DNA from: a virus
Lineage: Duplodnaviria; Caudoviricetes
Virus record (IMG/VR): IMGVR_UViG_3300033551_000005
Location: 1-59,110 of that record
Length of the DNA stretch: 59,110 bases
Strand: one strand, 5' to 3'
Both the position numbers and the translations under genes were made by a program. Positions 9,144 to 17,583 of the stretch are shown here, one piece after another (position 1 is the stretch's first letter; each line of letters begins with the position of its first letter). The notes under the pieces were generated by a model that saw only the letters and a list, made by a program, of their open reading frames with translations, had not been told where the DNA came from and made no database searches.

Positions 9144-9733
9144 CAGCGGAGCCACTGGAGGAACGTCACGCCGCGAGGCGTGGGCAGGCTGAGCCGGGCG
9201 AAGCCCAGCGTCGCTGCTGCGTCGGCCACCTGCTGCGAGAAGGCGCCGTACTTGGTGGCCGTGGGCTCGCCGCAGTCGTGCACGCCGACGATCGCCCCCG
9301 GCGCGAGCAGCGGGCGGATCGCGTGCAGTTCCGGCACGCGCAGGTCGAACAGGCTGTCCAGCCAGGCGAACCGCACGGACCGCGCGTGCGTGCCCAGGTC
9401 GACGAGGTGCTGGATGCCGCTCAGGCTCGGCTCCATCGTGACCTGCACCGGCAGCCCGGCAACGCGGTCGGCCGTGGCGGCGACGCGCTCGGGGTCCACC
9501 TCGAACGTGATGAGGTGCCCGACGCCCGCCGTGTGCAGCACCTGCCCGATGAGTTCGGCCGTCTGCCCGAAGGCGGACCCCGTCTCGATGACCAGGTCGG
9601 GCCGCAGCGCCTCGACGAACGCGGCGGCCAGGCGGCTCACCTCAATCTCGGTCGAGTCGCTGTCCGGGCTGTGCCAGCGCTCCGGGTGCGGGCAGTCCTT
9701 GCGGGACGGCGTGAACCGGCTCTCCAGTTCCAT
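9143..9733 (-). CDS. SAM-dependent methyltransferase (Methyltransf_24-like)
   Basis: RPDLVIETGSAFG, ITFEVD, FAWLDS, LLAPGAIVGVHD. No DNA-MTase PC or DPPY motif. Confidence 0.8.
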   Translation of the reverse strand: MELESRFTPSRKDCPHPERWHSPDSDSTEIEVSRLAAAFVEALRPDLVIETGSAFGQTAELIGQVLHTAGVGHLITFEVDPERVAATADRVAGLPVQVTMEPSLSGIQHLVDLGTHARSVRFAWLDSLFDLRVPELHAIRPLLAPGAIVGVHDCGEPTATKYGAFSQQVADAAATLGFARLSLPTPRGVTFLQWLR

Positions 9734-10374
9734 CAGCGGTATCCATACCTCTCGGCTCGGTCGATGAGCAGGTGCCCATCGCGGTGTTCGTACAGGTCAG
9801 CGATCGTAGGCCGGTGGTGGAGCACCTTGCTCGGCTCGTCCGCGTTCGCGTTGGGGCGGCCGACGAGGGTCATCGCTTCGCCCACCATGCTCGGGGTGAT
9901 CGTCTCCCGAGTCAGCCTCCGCAGTTCGGCCAGGTGCGGCGCCTCCAGGTAGATCGTGCGGTGCGGCACCGTGATGAGCGGCGCGTCCCAGAACGTGGCC
10001 CACCGGATGACGCGCCCGAGCCAGTCGGTCGCACCGCCGATGATCGGGCAGTGCCGTAGCGCGTAGGCGGCGAACGGCTCCTCGACGTCGCGCAGGAACC
10101 CGCGCTGCATCGCGCTCTGCACGACGGCGTCCGGGTCGCGCATCATGCGCACGATCGACGTCCGCGCGGGCAGGTCAGCGACGAACGGCGCGGCCAGCCA
10201 GGAGGAGTCCGACGCCGGGAGCGTGCCCGGCTCCGGGCGGGCTGTCACGGTGAACTGTGCCTCGTGCCCGCACGGGCGTCCGAGGGCGGTCATCATCGCC
10301 GCCGCCCACGCCGTGCCGGATCGGCCGCACCCCGTGATGAGGAACGGGCGGTCAGTCGTCGCTGTCGGGGGCAT
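9733..10374 (-). CDS. Sulfotransferase-like P-loop protein
   Basis: FLITGCGRSGT PAPS-loop, CGHE, RDP..VVQS. Confidence 0.65.
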   Translation of the reverse strand: MPPTATTDRPFLITGCGRSGTAWAAAMMTALGRPCGHEAQFTVTARPEPGTLPASDSSWLAAPFVADLPARTSIVRMMRDPDAVVQSAMQRGFLRDVEEPFAAYALRHCPIIGGATDWLGRVIRWATFWDAPLITVPHRTIYLEAPHLAELRRLTRETITPSMVGEAMTLVGRPNANADEPSKVLHHRPTIADLYEHRDGHLLIDRAERYGYR

Positions 10375-10522
10375 CTGCCAACTCCTCGGCCGTCGCGCTC
10401 GTGACGATGACGTCGACCCGCACGCGACGCGGGTTCGCGAGCGAGCCGGACGCCGGGCCAGCGGGCGGGCGCTGCGGGTCGTTGCTCGGCGGTCGCTTGC
10501 GGCCGAGCCAGCCGCCGCTCAC
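10352..10522 (-). CDS. Small hypothetical protein
   Basis: GTG start in a GTGA overlap; fills the gap in the operon; below the ORF-track size cutoff. Confidence 0.4.
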   Translation of the reverse strand: MSGGWLGRKRPPSNDPQRPPAGPASGSLANPRRVRVDVIVTSATAEELADAPDSDD

Positions 10523-10749
10523 TCCTTGGCCCGCAGCGTGAGCACGGTCATGGCGGGCACGTTGAAGGCGTAGAAGGCGTCAGCGGGCCGGGCGGGCTCG
10601 TCCCGCACCAGCAGGACGCCCGGCTCGATGCCGAGGTCGGCCAGGGCCTGGTAGAGCGAGCGCTCCGCCGCAGCCCGGAACTCCGGGTCGCTCAGCACGT
10701 CGGCCCGGTGCCGGAACGAGACCTCGCGCAGGGGCGTCTTCTCCGTCAC
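10519..10749 (-). CDS. Hypothetical protein
   Basis: VTEKTPLREV...; coupled overlaps. Confidence 0.6.
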   Translation of the reverse strand: MTEKTPLREVSFRHRADVLSDPEFRAAAERSLYQALADLGIEPGVLLVRDEPARPADAFYAFNVPAMTVLTLRAKE

Positions 10750-11003
10750 GACGGGTCCGCCGTGGTGACCTCGTAGTAGCGGTACGGGCGCTCCGACACG
10801 GGCACGGTCTCGTCGTCGGCCAGGTCCCGCCAGGTGAACGTGTCGAAGTCCGGCCCCATGGACGACTCGTTCCAGCAGCACTCCTCCAGCAGCGTCCGGG
10901 CGTTCGTCTCCATGTACGGGTTCGCCTCGGCCTCCGAGGTGAGCACCCGCAGACGCGCTCGGAACGCTCCGAGATACCAGCCCCTGATCTGCACGTTCGT
11001 CAC
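10746..11003 (-). CDS. Hypothetical protein
   Basis: Protein-like composition; coupled overlaps. Confidence 0.6.
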   Translation of the reverse strand: MTNVQIRGWYLGAFRARLRVLTSEAEANPYMETNARTLLEECCWNESSMGPDFDTFTWRDLADDETVPVSERPYRYYEVTTADPS

Positions 11004-11155
11004 AGTTCACGCCTCTCGTTCCAGTGGATCTTGCCGTCGCGGATCGGGCAGATGAACCGCTTGCTGCCCAGGTGGATTTCGATCGTCTTCTGGCCCATGT
11101 TGACGGGAATCTCGCGCCCGTCGTCCGGACCGCCCAGGACCTGCGCCTTCGCCAT
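11000..11155 (-). CDS. Small hypothetical protein
   Basis: MAKAQVLGGPDDG...; TGATG overlap. Confidence 0.6.
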   Translation of the reverse strand: MAKAQVLGGPDDGREIPVNMGQKTIEIHLGSKRFICPIRDGKIHWNERREL

Positions 11156-11547
11156 CAGGCGTCGTCTCCCTGCTCGTCGCTGTCGGGGGTGGGCTCGGCC
11201 TCGTCGCGCATCGCCATGATCCGCTCCGCCAGCAGGGCCTTCGCGCTGTCGCCGTCGAGCACGGTCGCCGTGCGCGGCACACCGGCGCGGTCGAGCACGC
11301 TGTTCGCGGCGCGCTGCCGGTCGGCGGACTTCTCGGCCGTGACCATCTCGCGGGCGAGCACGCCGATGGCCGGGTCGATGAGTTCCTGGAGTCGCAGCGC
11401 GGCCTTGCGCCGCACCTGCGGGGCGCTGCCGCCGTGCGTCTTGCACACGGTCCCGCCCTTGATCGGGGCCTGCTCACAGCGCGTGCCTCGGCGGTTCTTG
11501 GCCGTGCACTGCCGCCTAGGGGTGCCCTCCGCCATGGGGTCGCTCAC
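11155..11547 (-). CDS. HGGxSTG-type Zn-finger protein, candidate terminase small subunit
   Basis: QCTAKNRRGTRC...GGTVCKTHGGSAPQVRRKA; heads the operon that ends in terL; GGAGG RBS. Confidence 0.7.
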   Translation of the reverse strand: MSDPMAEGTPRRQCTAKNRRGTRCEQAPIKGGTVCKTHGGSAPQVRRKAALRLQELIDPAIGVLAREMVTAEKSADRQRAANSVLDRAGVPRTATVLDGDSAKALLAERIMAMRDEAEPTPDSDEQGDDA

Positions 11548-11755
11548 GGGTGCCTCCTGTACGTAACATGCGGCCGGGGATGGACCGCCTGACAGACATG
11601 ATACAGACGCGAGCGCCCCGCCCGCTGCTCGGCTCGTCCGGATGGACGGCTCGTTCAACGAACGGGGCGCTCGGCTTCCCCTGGACCCTGTGGTGAGGCT
11701 CCTGGTCGTGAGGCTAGCACCAGGTGCAGGCGACCACTTGAAACCAGGGCAGTTG

Positions 11756-11971
11756 CTACGTGCCGCTCAGGATCACGAGCACGGCGGCTGTGATGTTGAT
11801 GGCGATGAGGAACCACAGCAGCACCACGAGGCGCCGGTTCTGCTGCCGGTACTTGCGCGTGGCCGCCAGGGCAACGACCTCGTCGTGCTGCGCGAGCACT
11901 TCCTCGTCGGCGCCGTCTCCGTCGCCCACGTACTCGCGCAGGGCCTCCTTGATGACCTCGGTCGCGATCAC
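11756..11971 (-). CDS. Small membrane protein
   Basis: C-terminal hydrophobic helix LVVLLWFLIAINITAAVLVIL. Confidence 0.55.
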   Translation of the reverse strand: MIATEVIKEALREYVGDGDGADEEVLAQHDEVVALAATRKYRQQNRRLVVLLWFLIAINITAAVLVILSGT

Positions 11972-12144
11972 TTGCGGGTGACCTGCACGTCGGAGTCGCG
12001 GAGGGTGACCTCGGTGCCGTCGTCGCGCATGACGGTCACCGTGCGGTCCTGGACCTTCACGACGCTGCCGGTGCCCTTGGCCCCGCGCTTGGTGATCTTG
12101 ACCCGGTCGCCCGAGCCGATCATCCCAAATCCCCACAAACCCAT
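11968..12144 (-). CDS. Small SH3/KOW-like protein
   Basis: GDRVKITKRGAKGTGSVVKVQDRTVTV; AAGGAG RBS; below the ORF-track cutoff. Confidence 0.55.
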   Translation of the reverse strand: MGLWGFGMIGSGDRVKITKRGAKGTGSVVKVQDRTVTVMRDDGTEVTLRDSDVQVTRK

Positions 12145-12186
12145 GATGTTCTCCTTCGGTCGGTACGTGCTTGAAAGTCAGGGCAG

Positions 12187-12369
12187 TTAGTGCTTGCCGT
12201 GGCACTGGAACCCCGCGCACGCGGGGCACCAGTCCTCGGTCTTCGCGCGGTTCTGGCTCCAGCCCTTGCGGGCCGCGACCGCGCGCGCTTCCTCGGGGCG
12301 GCGCGCCTGCGTGGCGATGCTGCGGGCGCAGCAGTCACAGCGCAGGTGGGTCGCCTTGAAGTCGGTCAT
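12187..12369 (-). CDS. Small Zn-ribbon protein
   Basis: LRCDCC...GW...DWCPAC. Confidence 0.6.
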   Translation of the reverse strand: MTDFKATHLRCDCCARSIATQARRPEEARAVAARKGWSQNRAKTEDWCPACAGFQCHGKH

Positions 12370-12500
12370 GAGGTCACCTTCGTCTCGTGGCAGCGCGAGC
12401 ACTCGTAGACCGCGCAGCCGTGGTGCATGGGGTACTCCTCGATGGTCACGAGGTGGTGCAGCGCCCACTTGTGGCCGAGCACCCGGCACAGCGCGTTCAC
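12366..12500 (-). CDS. Small DUF1660-like protein
   Basis: LCRVLGHKW...ECSRC. Confidence 0.55.
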   Translation of the reverse strand: MNALCRVLGHKWALHHLVTIEEYPMHHGCAVYECSRCHETKVTS

Positions 12501-12721
12501 CGAGGGCGCCGGTCGTCGGTGGAGCCCCGGCCCCGCCGGTACGCGGCGAGGCTCGCCCGCTCGATGTAGACCCACTTCCCGCGCTGCACGGTGTTCACCT
12601 CGCCGGAGGCGATGATCATCGTGATCCGCTCGCGGGTCCAGCCGGTGATGGCCGCCGCCTCCTTTCGGGAGACGTACTTGGCGGGGTCGGGCTTCTCGGC
12701 GCCCTGGTAGGCACGGGGCAT
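12497..12721 (-). CDS. Excisionase/MerR-like HTH DNA-binding protein
   Basis: YVSRKEAAAITGWTRERITMIIASGEV....GKWVYIERASL. Confidence 0.7.
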   Translation of the reverse strand: MPRAYQGAEKPDPAKYVSRKEAAAITGWTRERITMIIASGEVNTVQRGKWVYIERASLAAYRRGRGSTDDRRPR

Positions 12722-12882
12722 CAGGGGAGGCTCCTAACTAGGATGAACAGGGCGAACACGGACAGGATGAGCCAGCCGCTACGCGGCGTGCGCATGGACC
12801 ACCAGGCGATGTGGTGGCAGAGGGCGACGAGCCCGTAGACGAGCCCGAGCATGAACACCAGGACGGACGCCGACTCGATCAC
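12721..12882 (-). CDS. Small two-TM membrane protein
   Basis: VIESASVLVFMLGLVYGLVAL...GWLILSVFALFILV; coupled overlaps. Confidence 0.55.
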   Translation of the reverse strand: MIESASVLVFMLGLVYGLVALCHHIAWWSMRTPRSGWLILSVFALFILVRSLP

Positions 12883-13520
12883 GCCGTCGGCCGCCAGGTC
12901 TCCTGTGGGTCGGTCATGTGCTGGTGCTCGACGCTGTGGCCGTAGGGCACCGTAGGGTCGACACGGGCCTCCGTGCGGAACGGGTAGACGTCCACCCGGA
13001 CGCCGTACTCGCCACCCTGGAGCGCCTGCTCAGCGGCCTTCTCGACGGCGTCGACGTGCTGCTGCGAGCGCTTCTGCACCAGGGTCTCGAACGGGTTCGG
13101 CTCGCCCGTGTGGCCCCGCTCGCGCTCCCACGAGAGGTGGAGTTCCATCTCGCTCAGCGCCCGAGGCTGGCCCGGGTAGCGGTACGGCGCCTTCGGCTGG
13201 TGCAGGTCGCCGGACATCTCGCTGATCGCCTGCTCGACGCGCAGCGAGGTGGCCGCCTGCTGTGCCGGGGTGCCAAGCGGCGTGCGCAGGGCCTCCAGCA
13301 GACGCTCCTCGAAGTCGTCGGCCGGTGCGGGTGCGGGCGGGGCCGGGACGGCACCCACCGGCGGGATCACGTCGAGCGTGACCCGGCGGCCCGGCTCGTG
13401 CCGCATGAGCCACTTGACGTGCTCGACGGCGGAGTCGAGGTCGGTGAACTCGCTCTCGACGTCGCGCCGCTCCCCCTTGACCAGGTGGATACGGAACACG
13501 GTGAACGGGAAGGCGGTCAT
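12879..13520 (-). CDS. Hypothetical protein
   Basis: 213 aa ORF with coupled overlaps. Confidence 0.65.
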   Translation of the reverse strand: MTAFPFTVFRIHLVKGERRDVESEFTDLDSAVEHVKWLMRHEPGRRVTLDVIPPVGAVPAPPAPAPADDFEERLLEALRTPLGTPAQQAATSLRVEQAISEMSGDLHQPKAPYRYPGQPRALSEMELHLSWERERGHTGEPNPFETLVQKRSQQHVDAVEKAAEQALQGGEYGVRVDVYPFRTEARVDPTVPYGHSVEHQHMTDPQETWRPTA

Positions 13521-13801
13521 CGCTGCGGCTCCTCGTCGAGGATGAGCAGGACGCGGTGGGCCAGGTTGCCCGCGTAGCAGCCCTCGGCCGAGACGGCGAG
13601 GCCGCCGCAGGACAGGCCCTCGCCCTGCGCCGTAGCCAGGTCGCGGAGCCGCTGCTCGCGGTCCCGCTGCCGGGCGAGTTCCTTCTCCATCTTGCGGGTG
13701 CGGTCGGCCAGAGCGACCAACTGGTGCTCCTGCTTGGCCGTGATGTTCCGCGCTCCCGACAGCAGCGTCAGGCGGACGCTCGCCAGTTTGCCCTTCGTCA
13801 T
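13517..13801 (-). CDS. Hypothetical protein
   Basis: GAAAGG RBS; coiled-coil-like segment. Confidence 0.6.
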   Translation of the reverse strand: MTKGKLASVRLTLLSGARNITAKQEHQLVALADRTRKMEKELARQRDREQRLRDLATAQGEGLSCGGLAVSAEGCYAGNLAHRVLLILDEEPQR

Positions 13802-13866
13802 GGTGGTGCCTTTCTGCGAGGTGCGGACGGCCCGCCCGGTGAGGGGCGGGCCGCTGTTGGGGTGGA

Positions 13867-14481
13867 TTACCAGGACCGGCCGCGACGCGGGGCCAGGTCG
13901 GCCGGGACCGTGACGGCGACCGAAGAGTGCTGCTCGCCGTCCCAGATGACCTCGAAGCCCTCGGCGCGGAACGCCTCGACGATGCGCTCAGCCGAGCCGT
14001 TGCCGTGGTTGATGTAGATCGTGATGTCGTTCACGTCCCACGAGCCGTAGCCGTAGCGGTCGCGGTTGGCGAGGGCCTTCTTGCCGTTCTCGGCCCACTT
14101 GAGCGCCATGCCCTGACCGCCGAAGTTCCAGGCGTACGGGGTGGTCTCGGCGTCGAACGACTTGGTGCTCTTGAACGGCTCCGCGCAGCCCTGGCAGCAG
14201 GCCGACACGTTCTGCCGGGTGGCGACGCCCGCCTTGCGCAGCGCCTTGACGGCCTTCGCCCAGCGCTCCTTGGTGGTCGGGGGCGTCGGCGGCAGCGGGT
14301 CCTCCTCGATCTTGGCGATCGGGAAGCCGAGCAGCGCGGCCAGCCGGGCGTCGTCCTCGTTGAGGGCGATCCAACCCTGCTCGCCAGCGTGCACGGCGTA
14401 CGCCTCGCGGGCGAAGCGGTTGCTCGGGTTGCCGTCGCGGTCGGGGGCCTGGCTGCGGAGAACGGTGCCGGTGGTGTTCAT
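13867..14481 (-). CDS. DUF6891-like protein
   Basis: ALRKAGVATRQNVSACCQGCA...FRAEGFEVIWDG; downstream of a conserved promoter. Confidence 0.65.
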   Translation of the reverse strand: MNTTGTVLRSQAPDRDGNPSNRFAREAYAVHAGEQGWIALNEDDARLAALLGFPIAKIEEDPLPPTPPTTKERWAKAVKALRKAGVATRQNVSACCQGCAEPFKSTKSFDAETTPYAWNFGGQGMALKWAENGKKALANRDRYGYGSWDVNDITIYINHGNGSAERIVEAFRAEGFEVIWDGEQHSSVAVTVPADLAPRRGRSW

Positions 14482-14506
14482 CTTGAACCTCCTGTTTGGG
14501 TGCTTC

Positions 14507-14534
14507 GTTGTGCTGACGTACGTAACATTAGCAC
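14507..14534 (-). promoter_or_regulatory. Conserved promoter/operator/leader element, copy 2
   Basis: GTGCTAATGTTACGTACGTCAGCACAAC; preceded by a hairpin at 14541-14577. Confidence 0.85.
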
Positions 14535-14582
14535 CCAGTAAGCCACCCCGCTACCTGTGCAGGTAACGGGGTGGTTACGGTC

Positions 14583-15110
14583 TCAGATGGCGCCGTTCGG
14601 CAGGGGCTCGCGGTAGCCCTGCTCCTTGGTCTTCGCCGCAGCGGCCTCGGCCTCGCCCCAGGTGCGGGACGTGTCCTGGTACATCTGGGCCGCCGAGAGC
14701 ACGTCCACGGCCTCGGGCGTGAACTCGTAGCCGCCGAGCACCCGCAGGCGCTCCATGAGCCACGGGTTGCCGATGCCGGTCGAGTGGTCCGCCGTGCCCG
14801 CGCAGCCCTCGACCTCGCAGTCGTGGTCCTCGTCGTTCTCGAACTCGGTGGACTCGGCCTCGATCTGCTCCAGCACGGAGACCGGCATGCCTTCGAGCAC
14901 GAACGCGACGCCGACGAGGCAGTCGGCCTCGCCGTTGCGGGCGTAGACGCACGCCTTGGCGGTGTCCGGGAACTCGTCGCCCGGGAACCGCTCGGGGTCG
15001 TGCTTGTAGTTGTACTCGGGCGACCGCGTCTTGACGGCGTCCTGGATCATGCGCAGCGCGCGGGACGCGTTGATCTGCACGCGCTCGGGGGTCGGGGTGG
15101 GGTTGCTCAT
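14583..15110 (-). CDS. Hypothetical protein
   Basis: ACVY....ADCLVG...AQMYQD...WGEA pattern seen in actinophage proteins. Confidence 0.65.
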   Translation of the reverse strand: MSNPTPTPERVQINASRALRMIQDAVKTRSPEYNYKHDPERFPGDEFPDTAKACVYARNGEADCLVGVAFVLEGMPVSVLEQIEAESTEFENDEDHDCEVEGCAGTADHSTGIGNPWLMERLRVLGGYEFTPEAVDVLSAAQMYQDTSRTWGEAEAAAAKTKEQGYREPLPNGAI

Positions 15111-15286
15111 GCGAGGGCTCCAGTGCAGGTGTGAAGCGCGACGATCGCGCCGAGGGCAGCACCCGCGAGCCCGGCGCCTCCCAGCGCCCAGGCTCGCAGT
15201 TCAGCGGCCAGCGCACGCCGCAGAGCGCGGCGCCGCCGGTCGACGTCGGTCCGCAGCGGCGGGACCTTGGTGGGCTCCCAGGTCAC
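15107..15286 (-). CDS. Small membrane protein
   Basis: VTWEPTK...AWALGGAGLAGAALGAIVAL; 4-bp overlaps. Confidence 0.5.
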   Translation of the reverse strand: MTWEPTKVPPLRTDVDRRRRALRRALAAELRAWALGGAGLAGAALGAIVALHTCTGALA

Positions 15287-15462
15287 TCCTTGCCCTCGCC
15301 CCGCTGGAGCAGCGCCCGGACCTCGGACTCCTTGTACCGGCGGTGGCCGCCGAGGGTCCGGATGCTGGACAACTTGCCGTTCTTGGCCCAGCGGGTGACC
15401 GTCTTCGGGTCGACCTTGAACATCGCCGCGACCTCGGCCGGGGTGAGCAGGCTCTCGCCCAT
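15283..15462 (-). CDS. bldC: BldC-family MerR-like transcriptional regulator
   Basis: 59 aa, absent from the ORF track: MGESLLTPAEVAAMFKVDPKTVTRWAKNGKLSSIRTLGGHRRYKESEVRALLQRGEGKE; GAAAGG RBS. Confidence 0.9.
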   Translation of the reverse strand: MGESLLTPAEVAAMFKVDPKTVTRWAKNGKLSSIRTLGGHRRYKESEVRALLQRGEGKE

Positions 15463-15519
15463 GGTTGTGCCTTTCGTTCGGTTTGTGCCCGGCCGCCGGG
15501 ATGGCGGCCGGGCGTGGTG

Positions 15520-15675
15520 CTAGTCGTCGCTCTTGATGCAGGTGGCGACCTCGCCGCAGTCGTGGCTGACCTGGTCCGAGCCGATGCCGGACAGGCCGAG
15601 CAGGATCGCGAGGGCGAGCACGATGAACAGCGCGCCCCCGCAGCCGATGCCGGAGTTGCCGTCCCGCGCGCTCAC
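15520..15675 (-). CDS. Small membrane protein
   Basis: GCGGALFIVLALAILLGL transmembrane segment. Confidence 0.55.
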   Translation of the reverse strand: MSARDGNSGIGCGGALFIVLALAILLGLSGIGSDQVSHDCGEVATCIKSDD

Positions 15676-15839
15676 GCCTTCCACTCCTTGCCGGTGACGG
15701 AGTCGCTGTGCCACGGGCTGGAGTGCTTCGGCTTGTCGCAGATCGAGACGGCGAAGTTGCCCTTCGCCTGCCCGGTGGCCGTGAACTCGCCGTGCTTCTT
15801 GGCCCCGCAGATCTGCTGCTTGGTCACTGAGCGGATCAT
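15672..15839 (-). CDS. Small Cys/His protein
   Basis: ICGAKKH...ICDKPKHSSPWH; follows a partial conserved element. Confidence 0.6.
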   Translation of the reverse strand: MIRSVTKQQICGAKKHGEFTATGQAKGNFAVSICDKPKHSSPWHSDSVTGKEWKA

Positions 15840-15864
15840 GCTGTGTACCTCTCGGTTGGGTGTG

Positions 15865-15890
15865 TTTGTGCTGACATGCGTCACCCTACA
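15865..15890 (-). promoter_or_regulatory. Variant conserved element
   Basis: TAGGGT-GACGCATGTCAGCACAAA. Confidence 0.65.
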
Positions 15891-15909
15891 CCCTTCCGCC
15901 CGTTTCGCG

Positions 15910-16059
15910 CTACTTGGGTTGCCCGACGATCAGGCAGAGGATCATGCACACGAGCGTGAGGAACGTGGGCAGTTTGTTCCGCATCGGCGCCTTGTACGTG
16001 ATCGCACCGAGCGCGAGCACCACGAGGCAGGCGAACAGCACCCAGTGCAGCGGGGTCAT
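15910..16059 (-). CDS. Small two-TM membrane protein
   Basis: MTPLHWVLFACLVVLALG...FLTLVCMILCLIVG. Confidence 0.6.
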   Translation of the reverse strand: MTPLHWVLFACLVVLALGAITYKAPMRNKLPTFLTLVCMILCLIVGQPK

Positions 16060-16325
16060 CCCTCGCGCACCTCCTTCAGGCGGGCGAGCGCCGCCACGAC
16101 GTGGGAGCACTGTGCGACCCCCAGGGCCGCCTTGCCGTGTCGGCAAGTGCAGTTCCGGCTCCGGACCGTTCCGTCGGCCAGAACGACCACCTGCACGCGG
16201 TACGGGGCACCCTGGCGGCTGCCCTCGACCCACCAGATCGAGTCGTCGTTCGCGTCCTGCATCACGCGGCCCTCGGCCACGTACTTCTTCGCCTTCGCCA
16301 GCACGGCGTCGGAGAGTTCTACCAC
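16056..16325 (-). CDS. SWIM zinc-finger protein
   Basis: PYRVQV...RNCTC...QCSHVVAAL. Confidence 0.75.
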   Translation of the reverse strand: MVELSDAVLAKAKKYVAEGRVMQDANDDSIWWVEGSRQGAPYRVQVVVLADGTVRSRNCTCRHGKAALGVAQCSHVVAALARLKEVREG

Positions 16326-16567
16326 TGGACTCCTCCTACGTAGTCGGCCCCGAACTCGTTGGCTCGGGGCGTGAACCGCATCCTTGGGTTGTACCCGGCC
16401 GGGATGCCTTCGGCCTTCCGGTCGCGGAGCACGGTGCGCCACGAGACGCCCAGAGCCTCCCCGATTTCGGCGTCGGTACGGTGGTCGGCCGCGAGCCGCC
16501 GCACCTCCGCCCGACGCCGTGCGAGGGCGTCGGGCGAGAGGATGACGCGGGGCTGCCCCTTCCTCAC
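16319..16567 (-). CDS. HTH DNA-binding protein
   Basis: TDAEIGEALGVSWRTVLRDR. Confidence 0.75.
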   Translation of the reverse strand: MRKGQPRVILSPDALARRRAEVRRLAADHRTDAEIGEALGVSWRTVLRDRKAEGIPAGYNPRMRFTPRANEFGADYVGGVQW

Positions 16568-16983
16568 CGCTCGGCTGCGGCCTCGGCCGCGACGTGCTTC
16601 GCGATGCAGTCGTCGCCCGCCATGCGGAACATCTCGCGGGCCGACTCGCGCGTCGAGCGCCAGTCCTCCTCCCGCTCGTTGTGCTTGGCGATCGGGGACA
16701 GGGCCGCCTCCATCTTGGCGGCGTCGCCTGCGGCCACGGAGAGGGTGACCTCCCCCGCGAGGACGGCCGCCTTGTCGGCGTACTGCTCCACGCGGCGCTC
16801 GGCGGCGATGGCCTCGGTGCCCGACTGGATGGCCTGCACGCAGACCTCGGGCACGGCCTCGGACAGGGTCACGACCTCGGGCTCCTGGAGCATCGAGACG
16901 GTGAGCCCGCCGCCGCAGTACGCGGCTCCGGCGACGAGCACGAGCAGGGCCACGCGGGCGCGGGCCGGGGTGATGATCTTCAT
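16564..16983 (-). CDS. Membrane-anchored/secreted protein
   Basis: N-terminal hydrophobic segment VALLVLVAGAAYCGGGL. Confidence 0.6.
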   Translation of the reverse strand: MKIITPARARVALLVLVAGAAYCGGGLTVSMLQEPEVVTLSEAVPEVCVQAIQSGTEAIAAERRVEQYADKAAVLAGEVTLSVAAGDAAKMEAALSPIAKHNEREEDWRSTRESAREMFRMAGDDCIAKHVAAEAAAER

Positions 16984-17273
16984 GAGCGGCGGGTCTCCTC
17001 GGTGAACTGGGCGAGGGGCCGGGGCGCGATGTGCTGCGCGAGGATCGGCGCCTCGTTGTCGGTGGTCATGCGGGGGCGGGTCGTGTAGTCCGTGACGAGC
17101 GTCGTCGTGCCGTCGCGGTGCCGGGTGATCTTGCGGACCGTCTCGCTGCGCACCCAGCGGGCGCCGTCGTGCCCCTCGTAGACGGTGGCGATGATGTTGC
17201 CGGGAAGGATGCGGGTGCTGCGCAGGTGCTCGCGCCCGACGATCAGCGGCTTGCGGGTGGGCCGAACGGCCAT
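16980..17273 (-). CDS. Hypothetical protein
   Basis: GGAGG RBS; first gene after a conserved element. Confidence 0.65.
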   Translation of the reverse strand: MAVRPTRKPLIVGREHLRSTRILPGNIIATVYEGHDGARWVRSETVRKITRHRDGTTTLVTDYTTRPRMTTDNEAPILAQHIAPRPLAQFTEETRRS

Positions 17274-17293
17274 GGGGACCTCCAAGGTGTGGG

Positions 17294-17321
17294 GTTGTGC
17301 TGACATACGTAACATACACTA
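17294..17321 (-). promoter_or_regulatory. Conserved promoter/operator/leader element, copy 3
   Basis: TAGTGTATGTTACGTATGTCAGCACAAC. Confidence 0.8.
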
Positions 17322-17378
17322 GGAACGCGAAAGCCGCTAACCGGGGCATCTGCCCTGGCTAGCGGCTTCCGGGTCGGG

Positions 17379-17582
17379 CTACTTCGGGCGGTTGGCCGGG
17401 GCGCCCCACGTCAGGCCGAACGCACCGGCCCCGCCGAGCACGGTCGCCAGGGCGACCACCAGCCACTCCTCCTGCGTGATGCCGGGCGTCTGCGCCGCCG
17501 TGATCATGCTGCCGAGGAACGCCACGAGCGTGCCCGCGACCCCTCCGGCGATGGCCTTCGTGCTGGTCATCTTGCCCTCCAT
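17379..17582 (-). CDS. Holin
   Basis: Two TM helices, KAIAGG...TPGITQEEW...PAN; directly after the endolysin; alternative start 17570. Confidence 0.75.
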   Translation of the reverse strand: MEGKMTSTKAIAGGVAGTLVAFLGSMITAAQTPGITQEEWLVVALATVLGGAGAFGLTWGAPANRPK

Positions 17583-17583
17583 G

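Noticed and set aside
9143-9733. Methyltransferase as the DNA C5-MTase supplying 5mC to TET
   Set aside because: Too short and lacks the PC/ENV or DPPY motifs; resembles small-molecule/glycan methyltransferases.
12497-12721. Excisionase-like gene as evidence of temperate lifestyle
   Set aside because: No integrase or repressor was found in the apparently complete genome; such HTH genes are common in lytic actinophages.
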